Source: Lingula anatina (Eukaryota; Animalia; Brachiopoda). From it: a DNA stretch of 64,000 nt. The notes under the pieces are model-generated. The model did no database searches and was not told the DNA's origin. It saw only the letters and a list, made by a program, of their open reading frames with translations. The translations under genes were made by a program, and so were the position numbers. The stretch spans positions 23,148,534 to 23,212,533 of the forward strand of contig CM120644.1 in assembly GCA_051362555.1 (NCBI GenBank), written 5' to 3'. Positions 27,284 to 40,000 of the stretch are shown here, piece by piece (position 1 is the stretch's first letter; every line of letters begins with the position of its first letter).

Positions 27284-28191
27284 TTAACACTTTAGTTTTA
27301 ACATTTAACACGAGACCACAATGAATAATACTATACATAATAGTATATATTATTATAAGAAAACCAAATAAATCATCACAGCTAATGGCTTGTAAATAAA
27401 CAGAATAAATCCTAAGATGTGCAAAAATTCACTTTCTAAAAACACTGAATTCCTTTGATGTGGACCCTTTATCTTCTGGTACTCATACTGAATGTTGAAC
27501 GTCAAACCTTCTGTCACATGACCCACCAAAAATAACTAGAGTGATCCGTTATCTTTTACAGCATACAGGTATTAACACATCTCACGTTCACCTTGGGTAG
27601 GTCATTACCTGTCACGGTGCCTGGACACTACTACACGTACCGCTATTATTTGCCTGTGTCAACGCACACACACTCACACGCACACACACACACACACACA
27701 CTAGCGCGCGTCAACCCCAATATAAACATAATGGTCTATATTTCGACAACGTTACATTTGGTGGATGCATTCGGGATTTTTTAAAAATTTTATCTACAGT
27801 TCGCTCATCTAAAATGTGTTTATATAAAACACCTGTATACAGGTTTGGTAGCTTATAATACCCCTATGTTTTAATACATTTTACAGTGTATCCTCATCCC
27901 CGTCTTTGTATATCATTGATATTGATATTATCAACCCCTCTCAAGCGTGACGTGGGTTTATGACATTCAAACCAAGGCTGACCCGCCTTGGTTGGCCTTC
28001 ATACATACATAGTGTAATAAATACAGCTCGGGTTGACAGTGAAATATAATAACTTACACCACCTCCATACGCACACGCACGCACACATCTTTCTACTCGA
28101 TTAATTACCCAACTGTATTGATATTTCCTCCAAACGATTTCTTTAATTACCATTTGTGGATAAAGTGTATCAATATTTATAAGGCCAGCAG

Positions 28192-28260
<69 letters not shown>

Positions 28261-28261
<1 letters not shown>

Positions 28262-28358
28262 CCAGCAGACAAACGGCATTGATTCACCGTTGAATCAACG
28301 TTAATTTTGGTGGATCAACGTTGAATCAACGTAGAATCAATGTCGTTTGCCTGCTGGG
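28261..28358. mobile_element. Small palindromic MITE with CCC termini
   Basis: CCCAGCAGACAAACGGCATTGATTC ... GAATCAATGTCGTTTGCCTGCTGGG, with internal CAACGTTG repeats. Confidence 0.7.
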
Positions 28359-28380
28359 AAGATGTATAATCAGAAACCAT

Positions 28381-28527
28381 GGCCCCGTATCTCGAAAGCT
28401 TCGCTATGTTGCGCACGTGCGCAAGCGTCTCGATTCCATTACTCGCCCATACTCGTCCCATATAATACATTGTAGCCTCTATTTGATATAGCGATTCGCA
28501 ATACGTGATGCTTCGAGATACGGGGCC
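28381..28527. mobile_element. PIF/Harbinger-like MITE
   Basis: TIR GGCCCCGTATCTCGAA ... TTCGAGATACGGGGCC, flanked by a 3-bp CAT duplication. Confidence 0.75.
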
Positions 28528-29022
28528 CATGTCATCTAACAGGATGGCAGATATGATATCTCCTTCTCTGAGGTCAGCCAAACAACATATCTGCCAAAAT
28601 CAATATTACTTTACAGTATCTTATACCGAATAAAAAAGCAGGCTATCCTATACTACCACGTCCCAATGTCACCTAGATCTCTCTCTCTCTCTCTCTCTCT
28701 TAAACTGGGGAGGTACAGAAAACTGCACCCTCACCCCCTACCACCCCCATAGCTCGATGTGAAAAAAGGACACAATATATACCTGTCGGTGTTCGATTCC
28801 CTTCCTCTTGTCCTAAATCTTATTTCACATGTGGCCGTGGGACCCACGTATATCTCCACCACACTTGTGACGACAAAGGTCAAATAGCTAGACAGTCTTA
28901 CTCCGTCTCCTCTAACTCTTGACCGTGCACGATATAAACCCAACCAACTATGAATCGTAAATAACAACAACCTGCCTCGATTCACGTGTCTATGTATTTG
29001 ATTGCTGTGATTAAAATAAGGT

Positions 29023-29066
29023 TGAAAATCCCAAGGTGCTACGTAGGCCTACTGTTGGGAAATTCC
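29023..29066 (-). promoter_or_regulatory. Pair of candidate NF-kappaB sites
   Basis: GGGAAATTCC at 29057-29066 (matches GGGRNWYYCC) and GGGATTTTCA on the minus strand at 29023-29032; upstream of the PARP-caspase gene. Confidence 0.35.
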
Positions 29067-29220
29067 ACACTGCTCGAAATGCCGCTATTTTTAACTGAGT
29101 TGTGATTGGATAACAAAAATGTGATGACCTGTCTCAACTGTAGCAACAGCATTTTTCGTGAATGTGTTCTTCCTTTCTTTAATCGTGAGTTGATAGCTCA
29201 ATGTATTCAAGCAAAATATT

Positions 29221-29468
29221 CAGGGGCAGATCCAGGACTATTTGAAAGGGGGGGGGGGTCTGTCCCCAGTGACGTGAGGTTTTTGTATTCCAGAGGGCGA
29301 ACAGTGCCATTTGGCACTGATTAGAACAATGATTCAGCTAGTCAAAATTTTATTTCAAGAGGGGACCATTGGAGTGATTTTTTTTTAAGAAAACGAAGGT
29401 GGGAGCCCCCTGCAACCCCCTCCCAACCCCCACCCCCACCACCACCACCACCACTAAATCCGCCACTG
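29221..29468. mobile_element. hAT-like MITE
   Basis: CAGGGGCAGATCCAG..GGGG ... CCCC..CTAAATCCGCCACTG termini. Confidence 0.6.
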
Positions 29469-29565
29469 ATATTTACTAAGTAGGAGTAACTAGGAATGAG
29501 GCTATGGGTGTAGAGTAGGCCCCTATTATGCCGGCTATTTTTGTTTGTTTTTTGGGGTTAATGTA

Positions 29566-31227
29566 CAGACTTGACATTTAATATGGAATATTTCAGTTTC
29601 GAAGGTATACCTAGGTAAAAATACGTTCTTTTTTCAAAAAACTCCAATCTCATATAAGATTTGTGAATGTAAAAGTGTGCAGTCAGGTGTGTCACTACCA
29701 ATTAACTGACTTTCATGCCTGTAGCGCTGCTGCATTATGTAATGTGCAGTGATTTAATTGGGTAGTGTTCCTTTGGGCTGATCAAAGCTTGGCTTAGGCA
29801 AAGCTTGGTTCTGTCAAAAAAGTATCCATATTTCGGCAACTACTGCATAGAAGAATTTGAAATTTTGCATGCAAGCGGTCAGTTTTGCAGTGCGTAAGAT
29901 GAGTCAAGTAGTGCATTACACATTTGTTAATCTAAGGCAGAATGGCGCGAAAAAGACAGACATAACCAGACAGATCATAGCGCCAAACGGAACGGTCCCC
30001 ACAAATTTATAGAGTAATGCCCAGACTGATGTACCTACACAGAGGTCACCCCCAATGTATCACAATTTTACCTACAGGGTACAGGACCCACTGTCTTTCG
30101 GGATACGCTGCTGCAACTAAACAAAAAACACTTAGTCCGATCAGAACGAGGGGTAAATTGTCACTAAAATGCGTTTTTTAAAGCCCTTAGCGAACACCAA
30201 ACTGGTTTTAGCAGATAAGAACACCAAATGACCTCCGAGGTACCCACTGTATACAGCAAAACATCGTCGTCTGTTTCTCTAATGAATTGGGGACCATAAA
30301 CGATTCTGGGTAGAACAATGAAACTGCGTGGCTTTCCTTATTGAGGTCAGATTTCACCTGTACCGCCCAATTAGTCAAAACAGAGTTTACAGATATCCAG
30401 AAGAGGCCTACGACGAAGCATATGCCGGGTCTAAAGTGACAAGGGTGATTGACAGCGTCAGTATTTGGAGTAGATTCCACATTGGTGCCAAAACACCAAT
30501 GGTAGTCATCGACGAAAACCTGAACCAGATCAAATAAAGGAATAATCTCGGAACCACTTGTCTATCATTTGATAGGGGGCACCTTAGGAACAATTCTAGG
30601 TTGCACGATGAGGTTGCAGGTTCACACAGAGCACTTTTAATAGCAGATAACTTACAGAACCAAGGGAATGAGCAGCTACCCTGGTCATCAAAATCGCCAC
30701 ATTTGAACCACATAGACAATGTTTCGGTAGACCATTACTCACCAATCAACTGCCTACATGTCCTACAACAAAACTGGACCAGATTGGACAATTTTAGACC
30801 GTTGCCTGGAATGCTATTCCAGATTGAACTCTAAAAACCTACCCCCAAGAAATGCCTTGCCGTTTGAGAGCGCTGGCAACAGCCACGAAGAGGCCAGGCG
30901 TTACAACGACCATTACTGTGACTAGCAACTGACATGAGGGTCTTTTGTGGAGCGTATTACCCTTTTACAGACGATAATTTGTAAAATATGGAGATCCAAA
31001 ATGTCTCTTTTAATGGTTGTCGTATGACATAGAGTAGGCAATGTGTTTTTGTTTGCTTCTCTGGCGAATTCCATTAATGAACCGATGTCACAATGACATC
31101 AAAGAGATAATTTAAAGTTATTAAAACACGATTTTAATCCTTATTTTCATTTATCAGTGAGTAAAATAGGAAAAAACTGATAAAAAATTATTTCGAAAAA
31201 AATATTCCATATTAAATGTCAAGTCTG
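29566..31227 (+). mobile_element. Tc1/mariner element with degenerate transposase
   Basis: TA|CAGACTTGACATTTAATATGGAATATT ... AATATTCCATATTAAATGTCAAGTCTG|TA; LPWSSKSPHLNHIDN resembles WPxxSPDLNPIEN; multiple stops. Confidence 0.9.
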
Positions 31228-31927
31228 TAGTTTACATTGTCTTCGTTTTTTTTTTTGTTCTATTTTTCCACCTTCTCTCTTGCGCTGACTACATCCCAGC
31301 TGTAACTTTAAATGTACGACGCGGTTGATGGTATTAGGTGTTGGTTGTACAGCTACAATATCACAAAATCATTGATAAGTATGCTTGCTCCAAGTCTAGT
31401 AGCACGCTGTTTGTTTAAATGCTTGGATTAAGCGAAGCAGGGTATCTGGAATTATTTTGCAGTTATTAGTGTTTACCAATGTCCTGGGAGACAGCTTGTT
31501 CGTCTATTTCAGGTGAACAGAAGTAACCTGCAACGTATCAACACATGAACTCACGTGGAAAAAGTTTAAACATTTCATTTGAGAAGGCCTAACGAATCGA
31601 CTTTGTGGGTCTTGTACATGAAAAACGAATGGATATTCACGATATTTTTCACCTGTCAAATGATTGCCATTTGTGAGGGATAGACAGCATGTAGAAGAAG
31701 GAAGCGGTCTGACCTTCCGCGGGGCAAGGTCCACAAGACCAGTGGCAGATTAGAAAAGCAACTTGGATTTCGTCTCGGCTTTAGCAGTTGAAATATATCT
31801 CTAAATGTCTCTCTTTTTCTCACAATCAACCAACATTTGACTATATCAGTGAAATATTTGACTGTGAAATTCCAAGGGAAATAGTTGCCTTCTAACACAG
31901 GCTTGCACCCTGCAGTTTCAGAAACAC

Positions 31928-32211
31928 CCCGCACGCAAACGAAGTAGATACTTCAGCGCAGTAGACTACTGCAATTCTACTGCAAACATGCTTCAAATCT
32001 GCTTCGACTGGGGAGCTAATTAGCATATTTGAAACATGCTTCTATCATGCTGCAAATCTACTGCATTGATGCTCCTCCTCTGTACGACCCTATGTAATTT
32101 TTGAAGTAGAATTGCAGTAGGCTATGCTGCATTTCTACTGCAAATATGCTCCACACCACTACTGCGTTAATGCTTCTTTGCTACTTCGATACTACTGCAT
32201 TTTCGTGCGGG
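31928..32211 (+). mobile_element. CCCGCACG-terminated MITE (EnSpm/CMC-like), copy 1
   Basis: TIR CCCGCACG..CGTGCGGG, 2-bp AC duplication, internal GCAGTAG/CTACTGC repeats. Confidence 0.8.
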
Positions 32212-32389
32212 ACTGCATACGTGCCTAGCAGACATGACTTGTACTACCCAGCAACCCCCCCCCCCTACACACACACACACACACACATTACAATTCTCCC
32301 ACTGCTACAACAATTTCAGAAAAAAGTGGACATTCGTTTATCAACATACCAGGAACCTTGATCTAATTGTTTTTCAGAGCCAGCGACAT

Positions 32390-32890
32390 ACTAGTAATAA
32401 CGTACCTCTCTAACAGAAAGGCGGTTAATTCGTCCACAAGTTTTTGGGAAGGAATTGAGCACGCTTTGTTGCTCTGTTTGGTACATGTACTTGCTGCATG
32501 TACGGAAGAAATGATTCTCGTACTCTAGTTCTGTTTTACAATGTTTGCAGGTTATTTCTTCCAGAGGGATTCTCATGTGCCTGCCTTTCTCTATTGCCAG
32601 CTCATAGCCACTTATTCTCATTTTGGCAATGTATTTTTTGTGTGTGTGTTTGTGTGTGTGTTAGCTTGTGGCACTAATTTTTGAGTAATTTTCGAGATCG
32701 TGTGAGTTTTTTAGTATTTAATAAGTGAGCAGTTTATTGTATTTTTCCATGCACAAATCTTTTCAAAAGAGACCTTCACTTTTTAGATTTATTTCCTTTT
32801 CTAGCTCAGATGTTTCATTCCAATGTTGCATTCCCCAATTCTGTCTAAATGTCGCCACTGCTTTAGTCCAATGATACCATTTGCACATTT
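32390..32890 (-). mobile_element. LINE 3' fragment of the same family as 40189-41690
   Basis: MRISGYELAIEKGRHMRIPLEE..CKHCKTELE aligns with the C-terminus of the 40189 ORF. Confidence 0.85.
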
Positions 32891-33167
32891 TAAGTGAATT
32901 TGCTCAATTTGTTATTCATCTTATTAATTAGGTTCAGTGATTTAGAATTTCCTGAGCCTACACCTCAGTACCATAAAGTAAAATCGGTTTTACAGTTCTA
33001 TCAAACAGCTTCATTTGTAGTACTGGATATCTACATTTCAGTAGTCACATTTGAATTTGTGGGGTTACAAAGAGACAAGTTCCCTTTATTGCAATACGGA
33101 CTTCTACACATTCAAAGAAATTCTGCAACCAAGTAGAGTAAAGTGATCAAAATAAAGATGTAAATAG

Positions 33168-33450
33168 CCCGCACGAAAATGCAGTAGTATCGAAGTAGCA
33201 AAGAAGCATTAACGCAGTAGTAGTGTGGAGCATATTTTCAGTAGAAATGCAGTATAGCCTACTGCAATTCTACTCCAAAAAGTACATAGGTTTGTACAGA
33301 GAGGAGCATTTATGCAGTAGATTAGCAGCATGATAGAAGCGTGTTTCAAATATGCTAATTAGCTCCTAAATCGAAGCAGATTTGAAGCATGTTTGCAGTA
33401 TGATTGCAGTACTCTACTGCGCTGGAGTATCTACTGCGTTTTCGTGCGGG
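33168..33450 (-). mobile_element. CCCGCACG MITE, copy 2 (inverted relative to copy 1)
   Basis: Reverse complement of 31928-32211 with high similarity. Confidence 0.8.
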
Positions 33451-34002
33451 CTAGGTCTAACCCACGTGCCCCTGTCTACCCCCCTTATAACCCCTACCCC
33501 ACCACCACAACAATAATGTTCATAAACAACAAAGTACTCCAATGTCTACAGCTAATCTCCTCTTTACGCCAGTCCCACAGTTTATTAAAACATTCCTCTT
33601 CTTCTCAACTGGAGACGCATTCAAATTAAAGAAAAATCCTTTAAGCACCACAGGTAAGTAGCATATCCCCTTTTCTCCTTGCTGTCTTTATTTCGTCAAT
33701 GGGTTTTATTTGTCTAATTATGGATTCAATGTTACATTAACTAAGACGTAAAGGAAAGCATTTTGGAGACATACTAAGCTCGATGTGTCAACTTATGTGA
33801 AGTTGATGTGAGGTATGTGGACGTTTTGGCTCATGGTTTATGCATGCAGTTTGTCTTGGCCTATTGTTGGGCGCAATTAACAAGTAGCTCATATAAAACT
33901 CGTTTGCACGGTGAGGAGTTTAATTGGTATATTTACTTAAGTCTGTAAACTGGTCGAAGAAAAAACAGGTATGTGCGACAACTGCTGTTCATGCATGGAT
34001 TT

Positions 34003-34065
<63 letters not shown>

Positions 34066-34189
34066 TGACTTCTTATCAGTTAACTGTGACGTCTAATTTA
34101 GTTTAGCTTTTTTTTATATCTAGGTAGGTTAAATTTCTGCACAAAACAGACGCATTAGTAACAATATTGAGCTATTATATACTACTCTA

Positions 34190-35846
34190 CAGCATTGGTC
34201 AAAAAGGTTGTCCCACCCCCATTTCCATGTACTTTTAATTACAAATGAACACCTCACAGCTGTAATTTGTTAGAAATAATGCTTTTTATTACAGATACCG
34301 TGTCTAACATGATTAATGGTTTAAAAAATACAAAATAGAGGTAAAAATATACATATTTTATACCATTTAGTCAAATTTATAAGAGGTACCCCCTCTAATC
34401 CACTGTTTCACTGTGACTTCTACAGATGTAAAGAAATATCTATAAAATTGAAAAGACGCCATCAAATGTCCCCAAATTCACAGACAATTAGCACTAGGGT
34501 GTGCTCGTTAAAGATCACGTGCCTAACAGCGTGTGCGTCTACCGCGTACTGCAATTATCTCCTGTAGACGGCGCGACAAGCCTTCAACACGGGTAACAAT
34601 TCTGTTTTGTGGAATATTGTCCCATTCTTTTTAAACAAGTTGGGGGAGTTGGTCCACGTTTTTATGGGGTTGGTTCTCCTTTGCATTGCACACTCCAATT
34701 CATGTCACAGTTGATTAGTAAGCTTAATATCAGGGCTCAAAGATGGAGGTTCCATCCTTAGAGCATTGTGTTTCTTCAACAAACACTTGCCAGGCGAGAG
34801 GTGTGAGCAAGTGTGCAGTCATGGTAAAGCCTGGAATTAACCCCAAAGTCAGTTCTTGAAGATGGAATGAGATATCAGCTGAGAATTCTACGTACAGTGA
34901 TCCCACAGGCACCTGAACCTGGCCATCCATCACTGGAAAGAAGTCTATTTTGATGCAGAATTAAGTTATTTCTTGTATCCCATCGATGGTCAAAGAGGGT
35001 CCATAGACATGTTAAAAAATGCCTCTTGGAAGGGTGTGTGTATGATAATATCGCCTGAGGTGTTAGATCAGTCCGCATTTGGAGAACATTCCAAGCCCAT
35101 GGTATTAGTACAGTGTTCCTTTTGGAACAAAACGTAACAGGGGCATTTTAATGTAACATTTTCAACAGAAATCTCACTCCATTTGCAAGAGGTGACCTCA
35201 GGGATGCTACTGGCTTCATTGTGACAACGCACTTGCTCACAGCTCTCGTCTGGCAAACGATTTGTTGCAGAAACACAGGGGTCTGAGGATGGGCCAACAG
35301 TCTTTGGGTCCTGATATTAATCCTACTGAACACCTGTGGCATGAATTGGAATGTGCACTGCAGAGGAGAACCAATTCCCAAATAATCTTGACCAATTCCG
35401 CCACGCTCTTTAGGATGAATGAGACAATATCCCACATAACATAATTGTTACCCGTGTTGAAGGCTTGTCGCGCCGTCTACAGGAGATCATTGCAGTACGC
35501 GGTAGACGCACACGCTGTTAGGCACGTGATCTTTAACGAGGACACCCTAATGCTAATTGTCTGTGAATTTGGGGACATTTGATGGCGTCTTTTCAATTTT
35601 ATAGACATTTCTTTACATCTGTAGAAGTCACAGTGGATTTGAGGGGGTACCTCTTATAAATTTGACTAAATGGTATAAAATATGTATATTTTCACGACTA
35701 TTTTGTATTTTTTAAACCATTAATCATGTTAGACACGGTATCTGTAATAAAAAGCACTATTTCTAACAATTTACAGCTGTGAGGTGATCATTTGTAAATA
35801 AAAGTACATGGAAATTGGGGTAGGACAACCTTTTTGACCAATGCTG
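34190..35846. mobile_element. Tc1-derived foldback element with ~410-bp inverted arms
   Basis: TA|CAGCATTGGTCAAAAAGGTTGTCC ... GGACAACCTTTTTGACCAATGCTG|TA; 34190-34600 mirrors 35443-35846; transposase remnant GPDINPTEHLWHEL. Confidence 0.88.
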
Positions 35847-36031
35847 TATATTATATGATGACTATGTAATGCAGTTAGGCCACAATATAGTGCGTAATAG
35901 TTCAGCTTTGGCAGAATAAGTCATTGATACGTATGGCCCTGGTAGAGAGAAAGAGAAAGTACTTCAAAATTTATTGTCAGATCACACTAGAGTTTGAAGG
36001 CTATGAGATTGCCAATATATTTATAGACCAA

Positions 36032-36988
36032 GGCCCGGTTTCATCAAGACTGGATTGCGCTATCCTGTGGATAAAATTATTGCTGTCCTCTGGATAGCGC
36101 TATTCAGAGGATAGTGCGTTTCATCAACAACGAATAGTGTTATCCAGAGGATAAATCAGCTTACCCAGAAGATAAAGTTGTCCGCTCGAAATAGGTGAGA
36201 TAAATCTGTTATCATGCTGTCAAATCATCAAAAATGACGAACCTGCTTGGTTTGGCAGTGAATCCTTTGAGATTTCGCAGGGGTAGAATGATTAGAGAGA
36301 GAATTTGAGAAGAATTGTGTTTGGTTTTGATGCTCTGAGTGATACTTAATCAATTGATTATATAACATACATTGATTATATAATATATATCAAAGTTGAC
36401 ATCGCACCCGCTACGAAAAGAACCCATGCAATCTCCTTGAGAGACCAATTGTCTTTTATTTTACTAAAACATACCTTTGAAATTGACGTAAAAACTCCAC
36501 ATTGCTTTTGACAGTATCTGCCAAACGTGTCTAGTCAGCCATTTTATTAGAAAGTATCTCACGACCTTGCCCTTCCACTGCAAATTGTAAACATTGCATG
36601 AGGCACAACTAATGCAATGTGGTCTGTTTTGACACTGACACTAAAAAATATCCTGTAGATATTATTTCTATTATTTTAATGAATGTACCATCTTGAAATA
36701 TTGTTTAATTTGGGCAATTTATTTTCCAAATATGGTATAGATAATTTTTCGTTAGCAACTGTCATGGCTTTTACAATGTTTATAGCAACCAATTGCATGA
36801 TGGGAATGTATTTTTTCCAAATATGGTATTGGATAATCTTTTATCCACTGGATTACTATCATGCTGTTTATCCAGCCTTTGTGAAACACAAATTTATACA
36901 GAGGATAACTATCCAGAGGATAAGAGATGTATACCATGGATAGTGTTATCCACTGAAAAGCCTATACGGCCTTGATGAAACCTGACCC
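36032..36988. mobile_element. Non-autonomous PIF/Harbinger-like element
   Basis: TIR GGCCCGGTTTCATCAAG ... CTTGATGAAACCTGACC; subterminal TTATCC-N-GGATAA repeats. Confidence 0.7.
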
Positions 36989-37059
36989 AGATGCCAATAG
37001 ACGGAAAACACATCGACTGGCAAATTGCAAAATAGGCTAAATATATTGGTAACCGATTT

Positions 37060-40000
37060 AATATTTTTTTTATTCACAAAAAGACAAGCAAAATACATAT
37101 GCAAAGACACACACACACACAAGCACACACACATGACATTCACTATACATTAAGTAAACATGAAATTTATGTAGATAGCCAGACTACGTATAATACAATA
37201 TAATACAGGTGATGCTGCACATTACACGATACAAACATTTTACATAGAAGGAAGTAGCGAAAAAGTAACATGACACTGTAAAGTAAATTTAAAAATACAT
37301 TTTGCAAATCTTCCCTCTCCGCTCCACAGATAAAGCACTTTTCTGACACCTCAATACCGATTCTTTTCAAGTATGACCTAACTGGTAAGATTCTAAAAAT
37401 TATTCTATATTGGAAACACTGAAGTTTTGTTTCTCGTGTAACATAAAAACAATTCTCGTAAACATTCTTCCAAGTGATATTTATATTTAGATTTAGGTTC
37501 CATTTCCTTTCGTCTACCAAGTTTTTCACGAGTTTCACTCATGAGAACCTGATAGAAATCTTTACACCCATTTCGACTCTTTATAAGTAGCTGAACCGGC
37601 TGAGGAATATAAGGAAATAAAATTTATTCAAAAATTTCTTCATTGTTCTTTTCTTTTAACCTACATTTTAAACTGTTACGTATTCCAAAATATTTTAGAT
37701 CCCATATTCTATGAAGTCCAAATTTCCTTTCCAGTTCAGCTGTGGTTAAAAATTTCCCTTCGTTGAAAAGATCGCCAATTATTCTTAAACCCTTACTGTA
37801 CCATTCATTATCAAATATTGATACCCCACCCAATTTTACTTTACTATTATACCACAGAGGTTTAAGAGCAATATTGCTATTCATATCTTCTATACCGTAT
37901 GTTACATCTTTCCAGGAGATAATGACATCTCTCCAAAAACTATTTTTGCAATTGCGTAAGAGTATATCTAAATAATCATTTCCATAGTCAAAAATATTCC
38001 AAATAGATTGTAAATCAAAGGTGCTCTGGAGAATAGTGTTATATACGTTATTTTTAAGGTATAGTCTTCTTATACATGTACATTTTAATGCCGTATGAAT
38101 TTACTTAAATCTGTCATTTTAGACCACCATATTCATAATCTTTTACTATTTGACCTCTCCTTACCTTATCAATCTTGCTACCCCAAATGAATTGGAAAAA
38201 AAAGGGAATTTAATTTTTTGATGAATACTGGATCTGGATTTGGAGGAAAAATGAAAAGATGGTTCAGCATTGGAATGATAAGGGTTTTTACGGTAGTATT
38301 TCTATCAATAGGGGTTAGTATTCTTCTATTCCAATGCCGAATCATACCCTCTATCTCGGGATATGTTTCTCAAAGTTTAAAGTGACCATATCGTTTAAAT
38401 TTACCAAGAATTCTATACCTAAGAGATTAAATTGAGTCGAACCCCAATCAAGTTTCCATCTAACGTGGTGAAAAACTTCCCGACTATATTTTCTTGACCC
38501 AATCCACACTGGTTTAGTCTTACTGTTGTTGATATGGAGACCTGAAATTTTTGAGAAATAATCTAGTGTACGGAAAGATTCTGAGAAAGAAGACCTATTA
38601 CCATCTAATATAAGGGTGGTGTCATCAGCATACTGGATTATTTTAAATTCGGTGTCACCAAGTTTTATTCCGCAAATAACTTTGTTATTCTTTATCATGA
38701 TTGCGAGGATCTCGGCACAAAGGAGAAAGATATAGGGAGACAAAGGGTCCCCCTGACGACAGTCCCTCGAAATCTTGAAAGGCTTCGACAAGTAGTCGTT
38801 TTGTGCAATAGAGGCCTTGCTATCGTAATAAGGATATGGAACCACTTTTTTTATCGTTTCCCCAAAATTTTAAAAGTGTAAAACTCTATCAATGAAGCCC
38901 CAATCTACAGAATCAAAGGCCTTTTCAAAATTGATGAGAATGAGTAAAGCAGGAATATTTTGCTTTTCTGCGATATGCATTATATCATAAATCAATCTTG
39001 TATTTTCCCCAATATATCTTCCGGCAATAAACCCGGACTGAGAATTAGAAATAATTTCATCAAGAGAGAGTTTCATTCTTTCCGCTATACAGCCCGAGAT
39101 CATTATGTTAATAACATTTAAAAGGGTTATAGGCCTCCATTTTTTAAAATGAATTTTCTGATTTTATCGGCTTTTGGAATACAGGTTATAATCCCAAGAT
39201 TTTGACTATCCATCATTTTCCCTTTGATGAAAATTTCATTAACTGCTCTAATTAGAAAGTAAATCATTCCAAAAATATGGATTCAAGTGAACAGAAATGT
39301 TTTGTAAGCTTCTCTCCTTCCTCAATCCATCTGCATTTTGATCGGACGAGGACTCCTTTTAGTTTTTCTTGTCTGATATTTTTCAACGCATCCCTCTTAG
39401 CCTCAAGTTCGTCCAAAGTATTTTCATTTGGGTGATTCATTTCCATTAAATTAATTTCACTTTCTAGTTCTAATTCTTGCCTATGCCTTTGTTTTTTCTT
39501 GAAAGAGGAGTGGGGAATTGTCATTCCTTTAATTTCCATTAAAAGCATTTCTAAAAATAAGGAGTCATCAATCGTGAATATATTTGTTCGTTTGGAATTT
39601 CTGGAATTTTTTCTTCAGCGTACACTGGAATTGCATATTGTACTTTTGTTCTCTTAATTATATCCTTCACTTTACTCACATATTCCTCATCTTTCAAGAG
39701 GGAACTGTTAAGTACCCAAGTGCATTTGCCCTTAATAAATATATTAAGCTTTAATTCTAAAATTACGGGTGAATGATCAGATCGGTATGATGCATTAATA
39801 AAAATATTAGAAACTGAATTTTGAAGGTAATCTGCAATTAAAAAGAAATCTAGTCTAGCCTGCCTTCTGGGATTCCTTCTTCTCCACGTGAATCTCGTCA
39901 GGATAGATAATTCTGAAATAGTCAATTATATTTAGGTCATTCATAATTTCAAGTAGTTTTTGCCTAGCTCTAGGGTTATTCACATTTGCATAATGTTCTG

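Noticed and set aside
33581-33653. Exon-like segment (CCCACAG ... CAG/GTAAGT)
   Set aside because: Good splice signals, but no protein similarity that I can recognise; cannot be assigned to the CYP or any other gene.
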